Below, in pieces: positions 38,677 through 48,418 of a DNA stretch of 64,000 nt. The notes below the pieces were generated by a model. The model did no database searches. It saw only the letters and a program-made list of their open reading frames with translations, and was not told the DNA's origin. A program made the position numbers and the translations under genes. The DNA lies in assembly GCA_934248055.1 (NCBI GenBank), contig CAKQKI010000008.1, positions 1,835 through 65,834 on the forward strand, in the 5' to 3' direction. The DNA comes from an uncultured Clostridia bacterium (lineage in GTDB: Bacteria; Bacillota; Clostridia; Christensenellales; Borkfalkiaceae). How positions within the stretch are numbered: position 1 is the first letter of the stretch; each line of letters starts with the position of its first letter.

Positions 38677-40560
38677 TTACAATTCGCCTGCCGAAAACGT
38701 AACGTCGTCTATCGTCAGTTCGGAAGCGACGTTCGTTCTTATCAAAAATGTTTTTACGTCGGTTTTTTTGAACTTCGTGCCTGTTAAATTCAGCGAATCC
38801 CAGTTGCTTATATCGAACCTTATAGTGTGAGCATTTCCGTCGGCGCTGACCGTAACGGCGTTAAGCGAAACGTAATTTTGCCCTATGCCGATACCCGAAT
38901 AAAATCTTACGGATATCTGCGCGTTTACAGAAGTTTTTACCTTTACGTAAACGTATTTTACGTCCGCTAATTCCGCGCCCGCAACGTTCTGATTGTAAAG
39001 TCCGTTCCATGCGGTTACCTTTCCTTTAAGGCTCTTGCCGCCCGATATTGCCCCGTCTGTTATATATTCCATCGTATTGCCGCTACCGCTCACTTTCCAG
39101 CCCGCTTCGTCTTCGAAATCATAAAGTACTTTTACGTCGCTTATAGCCGACTCGTCTTTCGCAAACACGATATCGTCTGTTTTTACCGAAGCGACAACGC
39201 TTGACATAACGAACATCGTTTTAATTTCGGTTTTATCAAACGCCGTTCCCGTCGCGCTTAAATTTCCCATATCCACGCGCACGAGATGCCACGCACCGTC
39301 CGCTTTTACGTCTTGTCCGAACTGCAGATACGACTCGTCGAAAGCGTTGTTCTCCTTAAAAAATCTTAACGTTATTCTTGTGTTTACGCTCGATTTGACT
39401 TTGAAAGTAATGTAATTTACGTCGCCGAAATCGATTTCTTTATCGAGATTATCGCGATATATTCCGTTATAACCCCCGGTTGTAGCGAAAAGCAAACTCT
39501 TTGCGCCCGATATTGCTCCGTCGGTTATATATTCTTTAGTAGTGCTTCCCGTCGTTTTCCATTTCGTCGTTTCGGTTTCGAAATCGTCAAACACGCACGA
39601 ATTTGCAAATACCGCGTTCAGGGTAACGTCTTCTACTATCGGCGCGTTGAAATCGAAGTCTGTTCCGTCCTTTTGCCACCCTATAAGGTCGTAAGGATAT
39701 AAGGCGTCTTTTTCGGCGTAATCTGCCGATACTTTTCCGCCAAACCTTACTTCGGCAACTACGTTTTGCTGACTTGTGCCGAAATTAAACGTTACGTTCA
39801 GCCTGTCGAGTTTATAATAAAGTTTTAAAACCAGAGTTCCGTCGCTCTTAACCATGCCTGCGGCAACTCTGTCCGCGTGAGCCGTATCTTCCGAATAGTG
39901 TTCCGCGCTCAACGGTTCGGCCGAAACGTCAGTATAGCAAAAACCTTTTAATAATTGCGTTTTGCTTTCGTCAATCGCGTATTCGCCGTTTACGTTTTCA
40001 AAATAATGCTCCACCGTATAATCCGCTTCGCCCGCAAATTTTTCAAGCAACGCTTTCTGCGCCGCCGTAAAAGTCGCGCTTTCGTCGGATAACGCCCTGC
40101 CGGCAACGTAAGAAATGCTTTTCACGGCCGATTTACCGTATTCGATTTGACCGTCTGCGCGTTTTACGTAACTGCGCGCGACCACGTTTGCCGAATATTC
40201 GCTTTCGGGGATATTATAAACTACCGCCCTGAAACTATACGTTCCCTTTTCGTTTTCGAAAGGAATACAGGGAATATTCAGAACTTCGGGCGTTTCAAAG
40301 GTGAGTTCTTTGCCTTGTTCCGTTTTGCTTTCGGGCAATAAAAGCGTGCCGTAAACGTAGTTTTTATTATAGGAATTTACCGTCGTCTGAAAACGAAGAC
40401 CCGATAACTCGCTCAATCTTACCGACGCGCCGTCGATAGCAGGAACTTCTCCTTCTGCGGCAAAAGCCGCGTTTTTGTAAGTCGCTACCGATAAAGACGC
40501 TAACGTCAGACTTATTACGGCGCATACGCCGATTATCAATTTTTTAATACTTCTTTTCAT
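38677..40560 (-). CDS. Secreted multi-domain carbohydrate-binding protein
   Basis: 627 aa with a signal peptide. It has a Listeria-Bacteroides-type repeat (GWQKDGTDFDFNAPIVEDVTLNAVF) and two ~140-aa CBM-like modules, each starting FDDFE/YDFED...YITDGAISG. Confidence 0.6.
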   Translation of the reverse strand: MKRSIKKLIIGVCAVISLTLASLSVATYKNAAFAAEGEVPAIDGASVRLSELSGLRFQTTVNSYNKNYVYGTLLLPESKTEQGKELTFETPEVLNIPCIPFENEKGTYSFRAVVYNIPESEYSANVVARSYVKRADGQIEYGKSAVKSISYVAGRALSDESATFTAAQKALLEKFAGEADYTVEHYFENVNGEYAIDESKTQLLKGFCYTDVSAEPLSAEHYSEDTAHADRVAAGMVKSDGTLVLKLYYKLDRLNVTFNFGTSQQNVVAEVRFGGKVSADYAEKDALYPYDLIGWQKDGTDFDFNAPIVEDVTLNAVFANSCVFDDFETETTKWKTTGSTTKEYITDGAISGAKSLLFATTGGYNGIYRDNLDKEIDFGDVNYITFKVKSSVNTRITLRFFKENNAFDESYLQFGQDVKADGAWHLVRVDMGNLSATGTAFDKTEIKTMFVMSSVVASVKTDDIVFAKDESAISDVKVLYDFEDEAGWKVSGSGNTMEYITDGAISGGKSLKGKVTAWNGLYNQNVAGAELADVKYVYVKVKTSVNAQISVRFYSGIGIGQNYVSLNAVTVSADGNAHTIRFDISNWDSLNLTGTKFKKTDVKTFLIRTNVASELTIDDVTFSAGEL

Positions 40561-40579
40561 CTTATTCTGCCCCCTTTAT

Positions 40580-40714
40580 TCACCATTTCCATTCTCCGCC
40601 GAAATCGTGCGTGTCGTCGCCGATCGAATCGAGCGGGTTGTAGCCGCTTTCAGTCATCACGTCGGTTTTAAGCAATTGTACCGTAAAAAACGGTTTTTCA
40701 TATATTTTTTTCAT
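40580..40714 (-). CDS. Unannotated small ORF, 44 aa (MKKIYEKPFFTVQLLKTDVMTESGYNPLDSIGDDTHDFGGEWKW)
   Basis: AAGGAG lies 8 nt upstream of the ATG. The ORF ends 19 nt before the 627-aa gene. A paralogue sits at 59293-59436. Confidence 0.45.
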   Translation of the reverse strand: MKKIYEKPFFTVQLLKTDVMTESGYNPLDSIGDDTHDFGGEWKW

Positions 40715-40731
40715 ACATAATCTCCTTTTTC

Positions 40732-42678
40732 TCAGCCTATGAGAAGTTCTATTTTATCAAATACGGCGCTGCCCGTTCCGCCGTAATTTATATTAAGAAC
40801 GATATATCTGAATTTCATACTCGTATGATGCGTTGCCGTAAGAGAAGACATATCGCCGTAATATATCGTTATCTCGCGCAATCCGTCGCCGTCGATAGGC
40901 GCGGTATACAGTAAACCGTTTCCCGCTCCGTCTTTTAAACTCACCGCTATACTCGTAACGTTCGTAGTGTTGACGGAAAACCGAATTGCGTACGTATTCT
41001 GATAGTTAACCCACTTATCGTTAGTGTATTGAATATCTTTTTTAGCGTCGGTAGCCGTGCCTACGCCGTCTTTTATCGTAATGCCGTTATTCCAGTTCTG
41101 CGTGCCGCTTCCTGAAAAATCGGCGGCAAAAGCCACGCCCTGCGAACCGTTGGCGGCGGTATAAAACTCCATATCGTCAAACGCAAACTGATGAGCGTTG
41201 GTTTGCGGATAAACGCCTTTGCAAGTAATTTTTAAAGTGTCTATTTTCGATTTGTCTATCGGCTTATCGCTGCCGTTTACGGCTTTCATCGCGGCAAAAT
41301 CGCAAACCATAACCGACGAGTTGTTGTCTTTGAAAAACTCTTTCACAGCCTGATAATAGTTGCCTTCCGAACCTATCGTGACGGTTAAAGTCGCAACTAC
41401 GCCGACGGCGTCTTTCGAATTGTTGAACACGGCGGAACTAATTTTCATTCTGAATCCGTTCACCGCTGAAAAGTCGGTTTTGGAAAAATCGTATTCTGCC
41501 GCTTCGAGCGTGTATTCGTTCGTACCGAACGAAGTAGGATCGTACACTTTAAGCCCCGTTTTCGATACGGATTTGATAAGATCTCTGTTTGCGTTGACGT
41601 CGTAAACGAGTTTCCATTTGTTTGCGTCGGACGCATTGTCGAAAGTTTCGAACGGCGTATCCGTGACGATACGTTTTTTGGGTATTTCAGCCGCTTTGCC
41701 GCGCGTATCCGTAAGATATTCGCCGCCCGCGCCGATTGTAATATCGTCGATTAAAACAGAAGAAGTTTTCGTAGATGACGTGGGGTGATAATAAAACCAT
41801 AAACGAACTATACCCGTAAGATCCCATACTCCGTCGCCGCCGCCCGCGTCTTCGAACGCGGTAAACGGAATAGTAACGTAACACGGATCTATGGCGTTGA
41901 GAGTCACAGCCGCGCTCCATCTCTGATACCCGCGCTTGCCTATCGAAACGGTAAATTTTCCGCCGCTGCCGTCGCTTAAAAGCCAGAATTTTATTCCGTC
42001 CGCGCCGCCCCAGTTTTTCTTATCCGGCGGGTTTATCGACTGAACGGCGGCCCAACCTTTATCCGAACGTTTATACGTAAGTTTCATGGCGACGCTGCCG
42101 TTCGCACCTTCGCCTTTTGCAAGAGTGGGAATAAAATCGTCGCCGCCGGTGTGTCTGATAAACCGTTCGCCGAGCGCATAGTCGTCCGAAAACTCTTCAA
42201 AATCGTAAATCGTTCTTACTTTCGTAACGTCGGGAACGGGCGTTTCGTGTTTTTCCTGCGTGAAAAACACGGTGCTTCTGTAAGAAACGGCTGTATCCGC
42301 TCCGCTTTTGCCTTTTTTCATTGCGTATATCCGAACGTAATATTTAGTGGAATATTTCAGCGTCGCGCTGACGGTTACGTTCGTAATAACCGTAGTTTCT
42401 TCGGCGCAAATCTCCGTAAAATCGGAGTTTTCGGATAAAGCAACGAGATATTTTTCGGCGTTTCTTTCTTCCGTCCATACAATACGCGGATTTATATCCG
42501 ACGTAACCGAATTCGCTTGCGGCGCGGTTATTTCAAAGTTGCCGAGCGGAACGTTCTGATGCTCGACTTCCGCGCCTTGCGGAACGGACGGCGGATCGAT
42601 ATGTTTTTTACACGCCGTTACCGATAAGGATAGCGCCGTTACCGCTGCAAGCAAAAAAGCAATCCATCTTCTTTTCAT
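40732..42678 (-). CDS. Surface lipoprotein with FN3-like and CBM-like modules
   Basis: 648 aa with lipobox SVTAC. It carries repeated YDFE...-type jelly-roll modules similar to those in the 627-aa protein. Confidence 0.6.
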   Translation of the reverse strand: MKRRWIAFLLAAVTALSLSVTACKKHIDPPSVPQGAEVEHQNVPLGNFEITAPQANSVTSDINPRIVWTEERNAEKYLVALSENSDFTEICAEETTVITNVTVSATLKYSTKYYVRIYAMKKGKSGADTAVSYRSTVFFTQEKHETPVPDVTKVRTIYDFEEFSDDYALGERFIRHTGGDDFIPTLAKGEGANGSVAMKLTYKRSDKGWAAVQSINPPDKKNWGGADGIKFWLLSDGSGGKFTVSIGKRGYQRWSAAVTLNAIDPCYVTIPFTAFEDAGGGDGVWDLTGIVRLWFYYHPTSSTKTSSVLIDDITIGAGGEYLTDTRGKAAEIPKKRIVTDTPFETFDNASDANKWKLVYDVNANRDLIKSVSKTGLKVYDPTSFGTNEYTLEAAEYDFSKTDFSAVNGFRMKISSAVFNNSKDAVGVVATLTVTIGSEGNYYQAVKEFFKDNNSSVMVCDFAAMKAVNGSDKPIDKSKIDTLKITCKGVYPQTNAHQFAFDDMEFYTAANGSQGVAFAADFSGSGTQNWNNGITIKDGVGTATDAKKDIQYTNDKWVNYQNTYAIRFSVNTTNVTSIAVSLKDGAGNGLLYTAPIDGDGLREITIYYGDMSSLTATHHTSMKFRYIVLNINYGGTGSAVFDKIELLIG

Positions 42679-42681
42679 CTT

Positions 42682-45279
42682 TTACTCTCCTGTTCTGTTT
42701 ATAATTAAAGCCACGTCGCACGACCAGCCGTCCAACGCGATCGTCAGGTCGCCGTTTTTCGCCTGACATGAAAACGTTTTTAAAGTAACTCCGTTTTGGG
42801 TATCGAATACGGTAACGCTGTATTTTCCGCCGTATCCGCCTTTAAAAGTTACCTGCATATTGCCTAGATTGCCGGGATTAAGGTTGGAATAGTTATACGA
42901 AGTGTCCGTAAGATAGGCGTATACCGACTCTTTCCCGAAATAGCCCGCCACCCATACTCTCGAAGCGTTCTGCCCGTCGATTATATAATTTTCAGAAGTG
43001 AGCGTATCGAGAGTAACGTAGTCGTTGCCGAACAATTTAAACATTGCCGCCGCGTTCGTATAGTTGGAATACTGGTTATACTTATTTACGCATTCTTCCC
43101 AAAAACTCGCCGCGCCCGCCGCGCCGCCGCCCATACCGCAGGTAAAAGCGGTTTGCCTGTTCAGCATTCCGTAAGGGTCTTTGTCGTGATTATACGCTTC
43201 CGAAGTGCCGCTCGCGCCCGTTTCGCCTATCAACGCGGGTTTTCCGAATTTTTTCCACATCGAATAACACTCGTTCGCAAGCGCAACGGCATAGTTGCTC
43301 TTGCTGTAATACCAGTGAAAACTTACAAAATCAACCGAATTTGCCGAATACACGGCGTCGGAATGGTCGTTGCCCGAACTTATAGACACAAGGTGGCGGT
43401 AAGGGTCGACGGAGTGCATATAATCGCCTATTTCGTCAGCCCAGTCACGCGCCTGCTCCTGCGTGATTCTGACGCCGTACCAGGTGCTGTCCATTCCTAT
43501 TTCGTTCATAAGTTCCCAGTTGAGAATATTGCGAGAATACCCGTAACGGGCAACGTAATAACGATATAGTTTTTTGGTGTCTTCTATCGCGCGCCTGTCG
43601 GTAAAATATTCCCACGGCTCGTCTAAATATCCGCCGTTGAGTTTGTTATACGGGTTAGTATCCCAGCGGTGAGAAAGCGTGGCGTCGGCGTTATCTTTTC
43701 TGAACGCCGAAATCGCCTGCATGGGTATTTGCAGATACAGTCCGTTCTCTTCGGCAAGAGATACGATTCTGTCAAACTGATAAGATTTGTCTTGTCTTGC
43801 GTCGAAATTCAATATTCCGCCCGCGGCGTTCTGCGCGCCGTAAGCGGCGTCTATATCCGTAAGCCAGGAGCGCGAAAAATTCATTCCCGCCGCTTTCATT
43901 TTCGGGAAATACACGTCGTAAAGCGTTGAGCCGAGCGCCACGTTCTGACTGTAACAAACGTTCATTCCTATGGGCATATACGGCGTGCCGTCTTCGAAAA
44001 CGAAATTCCTTTTCTTCGTTTGCTCAACGGTTATTATGCCTTTATTTTTGCTTGCGTCGGGATTTTCCGAAACGGTAACCGACGAAACGTAAGAGAATTT
44101 TTCTTTTCCGTTTTTCTTGCCGACTACTCTGTACAGCCACTCGCCGCTTTCGGTAAAGCGGAAACGGATTTTGTAATTGTCGTTGCCCGTAGCGGTAATC
44201 GTTTCTTTGCCGAACAAATCTCCGCTGACGTAATTTTTCAAAGGTTCGGCTACGAAATCAGATAAAACGGCGGTTTTAATCGGCATAGCCGACCAGAAAA
44301 ACTCTGCGGCAGATACGTATAAATCGCCCGTTGCGGTATATCTTTCAGCCCCCGCGCTGCCTGCGGCAACGCTGTTGTTCGGCTGAATTCTTACCGAATA
44401 CATGCTCGTAAGCGGGAGCGGATTGTAAACGTTGGAGTGAACGAAATCGGTTTTATCCGCGTTTACAAGACAATCGACTTCCTGCTCTTCTCCGTTTTTA
44501 TCTAATACGGGATTGCCCTTTTTATCCTTTTTTACAACCTTTTCCGTTTCTGCGCCGTAATAAAAGGTATATCTGGTCCACTCGTCGGATAATTGCGGAA
44601 GTTTAACGTAAGCCTGATCGTCGTTGCCGTAAAAATACAGGAACAGGCCGTCCGTTTTTAAATTTTTATCTGCCTTTAACCATATCGAAACGGTATCGTT
44701 GTCAAGACCTATTCCCGATTTTCCTATAACCGCTCCGCCGCTTCCGCTCTGTGCGGGAGCGGTAAGGCTGAAAGATATTTTCGCAACAGCCTTTAAAATA
44801 TCGTCTTTTTCTTCAAGCACGCCGCTTATTTTTGCGTTTCCCTGAGCGAAATACCGTCCCTTCGACGTCATATCGTATTCGGCGTTCAAATCGTATTCTT
44901 CAAACTTTCTTTCGTACCCTTTATACCAGAACGCGGGCATCGTGTAAAGACTGCCGGAAGGCGAAACGAACTGCCCGTATATATCCGATTCGGAAGGGTC
45001 GTATACGTTCACGCCCTTGATATTACCTATGACGTTGAGTTCGAATTTTTCGTTGGCAACGCGCGAAGAACTCTCGTCTTCGGATACGGTCGTCACGTTG
45101 TAATCGGCGTCTTCCGCGCCCGTTATCTGATTTTTAACGGCTGACCTTATCTTCTCGATCGTTTTTTGCGCATGATTTTTGCCTACGTCGACCGCACCCT
45201 GCTCGGGTAAACTTACAGAGCAGGAACATAAACAAAACGCTAATAATAAACTAAAAACCGCTATTATCCTTTTTTTCAT
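42682..45279 (-). CDS. Lipoprotein with C-terminal clan GH-A (GH5-like) glycoside hydrolase domain
   Basis: 865 aa with lipobox CLCSC. Candidate acid/base motif NWELMNE and candidate nucleophile LIGETG. The N-terminal ~400 aa is non-catalytic. Confidence 0.6.
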   Translation of the reverse strand: MKKRIIAVFSLLLAFCLCSCSVSLPEQGAVDVGKNHAQKTIEKIRSAVKNQITGAEDADYNVTTVSEDESSSRVANEKFELNVIGNIKGVNVYDPSESDIYGQFVSPSGSLYTMPAFWYKGYERKFEEYDLNAEYDMTSKGRYFAQGNAKISGVLEEKDDILKAVAKISFSLTAPAQSGSGGAVIGKSGIGLDNDTVSIWLKADKNLKTDGLFLYFYGNDDQAYVKLPQLSDEWTRYTFYYGAETEKVVKKDKKGNPVLDKNGEEQEVDCLVNADKTDFVHSNVYNPLPLTSMYSVRIQPNNSVAAGSAGAERYTATGDLYVSAAEFFWSAMPIKTAVLSDFVAEPLKNYVSGDLFGKETITATGNDNYKIRFRFTESGEWLYRVVGKKNGKEKFSYVSSVTVSENPDASKNKGIITVEQTKKRNFVFEDGTPYMPIGMNVCYSQNVALGSTLYDVYFPKMKAAGMNFSRSWLTDIDAAYGAQNAAGGILNFDARQDKSYQFDRIVSLAEENGLYLQIPMQAISAFRKDNADATLSHRWDTNPYNKLNGGYLDEPWEYFTDRRAIEDTKKLYRYYVARYGYSRNILNWELMNEIGMDSTWYGVRITQEQARDWADEIGDYMHSVDPYRHLVSISSGNDHSDAVYSANSVDFVSFHWYYSKSNYAVALANECYSMWKKFGKPALIGETGASGTSEAYNHDKDPYGMLNRQTAFTCGMGGGAAGAASFWEECVNKYNQYSNYTNAAAMFKLFGNDYVTLDTLTSENYIIDGQNASRVWVAGYFGKESVYAYLTDTSYNYSNLNPGNLGNMQVTFKGGYGGKYSVTVFDTQNGVTLKTFSCQAKNGDLTIALDGWSCDVALIINRTGE

Positions 45280-45295
45280 CTTTTTTCTCCTTAAT

Positions 45296-46147
45296 TCATT
45301 TTAAATCCGCCACGACGACGTATTTGTTCATCGTGTTCTGTAAAAAGGTAAACAATATAATAATCGGCACGATGGCGATTACCAGAGCCGCGTAAAGTTG
45401 CAGCCTTCCGACTTCCGACAGGCTGTCGTTCGTCTGGAATTTCAATAACGTGAGCGGAACGGTAAACATTTCGGGATCGCGCAGATAAACCATCGGACCG
45501 TAACTGTTTTTCCAGTTGCCTAAAAACGTATTCAGCGCGACCAGACACAAAACGGGAACCAACTGCGGCAAAAGTATTTCCGCCCATATTTTAAATACGT
45601 TGCAGCCGTCTAATTTTGCCGCTTCGTCCATTTCTTTCGGAACGCTTCTCATAAACGACATTATGAACAATATGCTCGTAGCCGCGCCGAAAAAGCCGGG
45701 GACTATAAGCGGAAGGTAAGTGTAAAGCCATCCGAGCGATTTAAAGAACAAAAATTTCGGTATCGACGTTACCTGCGCGGGAAGAAACATCGTGCTTAAC
45801 ATGCATATAAAAACCACGTATCTTCCCTTAAAGCGGAAACGCGAAAGCCCGTATGCCACGAACGAACTTACGAAAATATTTTGTATCACCGCGACGGAAG
45901 CAAGCATAACGCTGTTGAATATACTTTTATAAAACTTCTTTCCTATAAGAACGGTAACGTATCGTTTCCATTGAGGCGAAGCGGAAAAAAACGGTTGCTT
46001 CGCGCTGTAAAATTCCTCTCTCGTTAGAAGCGACGTCGAGATCAGCCATAAAAACGGAAATACGATAATCATCGCGAGTATTATCGTGATTATTTTGAAT
46101 ATTACCGACGAAACCGCAGGTTTTTTACCCGACAATGCTTTTTTCAT
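45296..46147 (-). CDS. Carbohydrate ABC transporter permease (MalG/AraQ-like)
   Basis: 283 aa, six TM helices, EAA-like loop EAAKLDG. Confidence 0.9.
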   Translation of the reverse strand: MKKALSGKKPAVSSVIFKIITIILAMIIVFPFLWLISTSLLTREEFYSAKQPFFSASPQWKRYVTVLIGKKFYKSIFNSVMLASVAVIQNIFVSSFVAYGLSRFRFKGRYVVFICMLSTMFLPAQVTSIPKFLFFKSLGWLYTYLPLIVPGFFGAATSILFIMSFMRSVPKEMDEAAKLDGCNVFKIWAEILLPQLVPVLCLVALNTFLGNWKNSYGPMVYLRDPEMFTVPLTLLKFQTNDSLSEVGRLQLYAALVIAIVPIIILFTFLQNTMNKYVVVADLK

Positions 46148-46155
46148 ATTTTCTC

Positions 46156-47100
46156 CTAATCGTCAAGACTGTAAAATCCCGTTTTCTGAACGAATACGAG
46201 CAGTCCCGAACTTGCAACGAGCGAAATAAAGAAAATCGTCCACCCGATTGCGCTGCCCATGCCGAATTCTCCGTCGACAAAACTCTTGTTATAAAGATAA
46301 AACACCAGCGTTGCCAGCGAATTTCCCCTGCCCATAGCGCCGTCGCCCGCGCCGACGATAGAAGATAATCCTACGGCAAGGTCGAAAACCTGTAATCCGA
46401 AAACGAGCCCCATAATAATCTGATATACGATTACTCCCGACATAAGCGGAATGCAAATACGAATCAATAGCGTCATATTGCCTGCGCCGTCGATTTTCGC
46501 CGCTTCGTAGATATGCTCGTCTATGCTTTTGACTCCCGACAAATACGTCATCATAGCGCCGCCGATTCCCCAGAAACACAGTAAAACCATTACCCAGACC
46601 GCCTGCCCGGGAGTTGCGAGCCAGGATTGATTAGGGAGCGAAAATCTTGCTAAAATCCTGTTTATAAGGGATTGATTTTTTACGCCGAAAATCGAGTCCA
46701 TCATTATTGCGAACGCCGTGCTTATAGTCATAGTGGGCATATATATAAGAGTTCGCAAAACCGAATTTACTTTGCTTTTTTTAGCGATAGCCCACGCGAC
46801 GATTATACCTATGACGAAATTTATGATCAGCGCCATTACCGTATAAATCAGAGTGTTGGATAACGCCGCGTAAAACGATTCGCCGTATTTCGTGGACGCG
46901 CTGAACAGATTTTTATAGTTTTTAAATCCTATCCACTCGGCAGAGCCTATTCCGCCGAAACCATTCCATTCGGTAAACGAAAGATAAAACGAAACTATAA
47001 GCGGAATCACGGTAAAACATGAAAATCCTATAATCCACGGACTTACAAATACCCAGCCGAGTTTTCCCTTATGCAAATCGCCTTTTCTTTTGCTTGTCAT
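46156..47100 (-). CDS. Carbohydrate ABC transporter permease (MalF/AraP-like)
   Basis: EAA loop EAAKIDGAG. I set the start at 47100 (MTSKRKG), which gives an ATGA overlap with the binding-protein stop. Confidence 0.88.
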   Translation of the reverse strand: MTSKRKGDLHKGKLGWVFVSPWIIGFSCFTVIPLIVSFYLSFTEWNGFGGIGSAEWIGFKNYKNLFSASTKYGESFYAALSNTLIYTVMALIINFVIGIIVAWAIAKKSKVNSVLRTLIYMPTMTISTAFAIMMDSIFGVKNQSLINRILARFSLPNQSWLATPGQAVWVMVLLCFWGIGGAMMTYLSGVKSIDEHIYEAAKIDGAGNMTLLIRICIPLMSGVIVYQIIMGLVFGLQVFDLAVGLSSIVGAGDGAMGRGNSLATLVFYLYNKSFVDGEFGMGSAIGWTIFFISLVASSGLLVFVQKTGFYSLDD

Positions 47101-48413
47101 AAATATTTTGCTCCCTCTGCCATTTTCGCGCAAAAGTCTTTACCGCTGAACGACGCGTCGTTGCAAAGTTTACTGAAATAAGTGGAAAAATGGTTGGTAA
47201 ATTCAGACGACGTAATCGGCGCGACGTATAAATTGTCAAGCCCGATTTTATACGAAGAATACAGCATGGGATCCCAGTTGCCGTCGGAATTTTCCGAAAC
47301 GACGCCGAACGCTTCGGTGTTCACGGGAATATCGGCAATTTTCGCGTATTTCAATTGCTGCTCTTTGGTAAGCATCCATTTGATGATTCTGAAAGCCTTT
47401 TCCTTATTTTTGCTGAACGAAGGTACCACTAAGGCGTTATAATCGCCGTAAGCGATGTCTTTGGCTTTAATAACCGTTCCGTCCCGAAGGGTTATATCTT
47501 CGGCTTTGAACGGAGCGATCGTCGCTATTTTAGTGCCTGACGATTTATAATAATCCTTTAAATTAGTAAGCGTGGCGAAATTTCCCCACCCCGCAAGACA
47601 TTTTTCGTTGAGTATCGCGTTTTCTACCGAACCGTACGTGCCGCCGCCGCTTTCGGAATAAGGAACGACCCAACCGCTTCTTACGAAGTCCTTGAACTGC
47701 TGCGCGGCTTTCCAGCCAGCCTCGTTGTTGCAGCCGATTGTTCCGTCCTGATTTATCATCGGCGCGCCTACGCTGCCGAGAAACATGTGCAACGCTTCGT
47801 TATGGCTCACGTTAAGACCCATTAAAATGTTCTGATCCGCGCCTACGCTTTTCATTAAACCGACGAATTCTTTACCCGTAAACGCTTCCGTTCTGTTATA
47901 CGGTATTCCGCCTTCAAGGGCGCTTTCGGAAACGTTTTCCCAAATCGTGGCGTTGATTACGGGAACTCTCGTAACGAGTCCTATCGGCATGCCTATAACG
48001 GCGTCGCCTATCTTCATTTTATCCTTCGCGGACGGCATAATCGATTCGCGCGTTTCTTTTAACTCTTCTGTCTTGCTGAAATCGACAAACATTTTTTTGT
48101 CTTTTTCCTGTAAATTCAACCTGCTCAATCCCCAGTTGTTAAGGAAAATTATATCTGCCGCGCTTTCGCCTATCAAATCGTTTCTCATCGTTGAAAAATG
48201 AGTGCCGTATTCTTTGAATTCCCATTCGATTTTTATATCGGGATTGCTCTTCTCGAATTCGGCAGTCCACGCCTTTAAACGCGGCTCGTCCGTTTCGTTG
48301 CTCCAACGAGCGATACGCACGACTTCGGAATCTTTTTTCTTACAACCCGAAATAGTTCCGCACACCGAAAACAACAGCGCGGCGGAAATAATTACAGCAA
48401 TAATCTTTTTCAT
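47097..48413 (-). CDS. ABC transporter extracellular sugar-binding lipoprotein
   Basis: 438 aa with lipobox ISGC. Family 1 solute-binding-like. Confidence 0.85.
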   Translation of the reverse strand: MKKIIAVIISAALLFSVCGTISGCKKKDSEVVRIARWSNETDEPRLKAWTAEFEKSNPDIKIEWEFKEYGTHFSTMRNDLIGESAADIIFLNNWGLSRLNLQEKDKKMFVDFSKTEELKETRESIMPSAKDKMKIGDAVIGMPIGLVTRVPVINATIWENVSESALEGGIPYNRTEAFTGKEFVGLMKSVGADQNILMGLNVSHNEALHMFLGSVGAPMINQDGTIGCNNEAGWKAAQQFKDFVRSGWVVPYSESGGGTYGSVENAILNEKCLAGWGNFATLTNLKDYYKSSGTKIATIAPFKAEDITLRDGTVIKAKDIAYGDYNALVVPSFSKNKEKAFRIIKWMLTKEQQLKYAKIADIPVNTEAFGVVSENSDGNWDPMLYSSYKIGLDNLYVAPITSSEFTNHFSTYFSKLCNDASFSGKDFCAKMAEGAKYL

Positions 48414-48418
48414 ATCAT

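Noticed and set aside
40580-40714. Calling a lasso-peptide biosynthetic gene cluster
   Set aside because: Only a leader-like peptide is present. No lasso cyclase (Asn-synthetase-like), transglutaminase-like protease or PqqD-like RRE occurs in the window, and asnA at 9348 is the unrelated AsnA type. I kept it as a speculative finding, not a cluster call.
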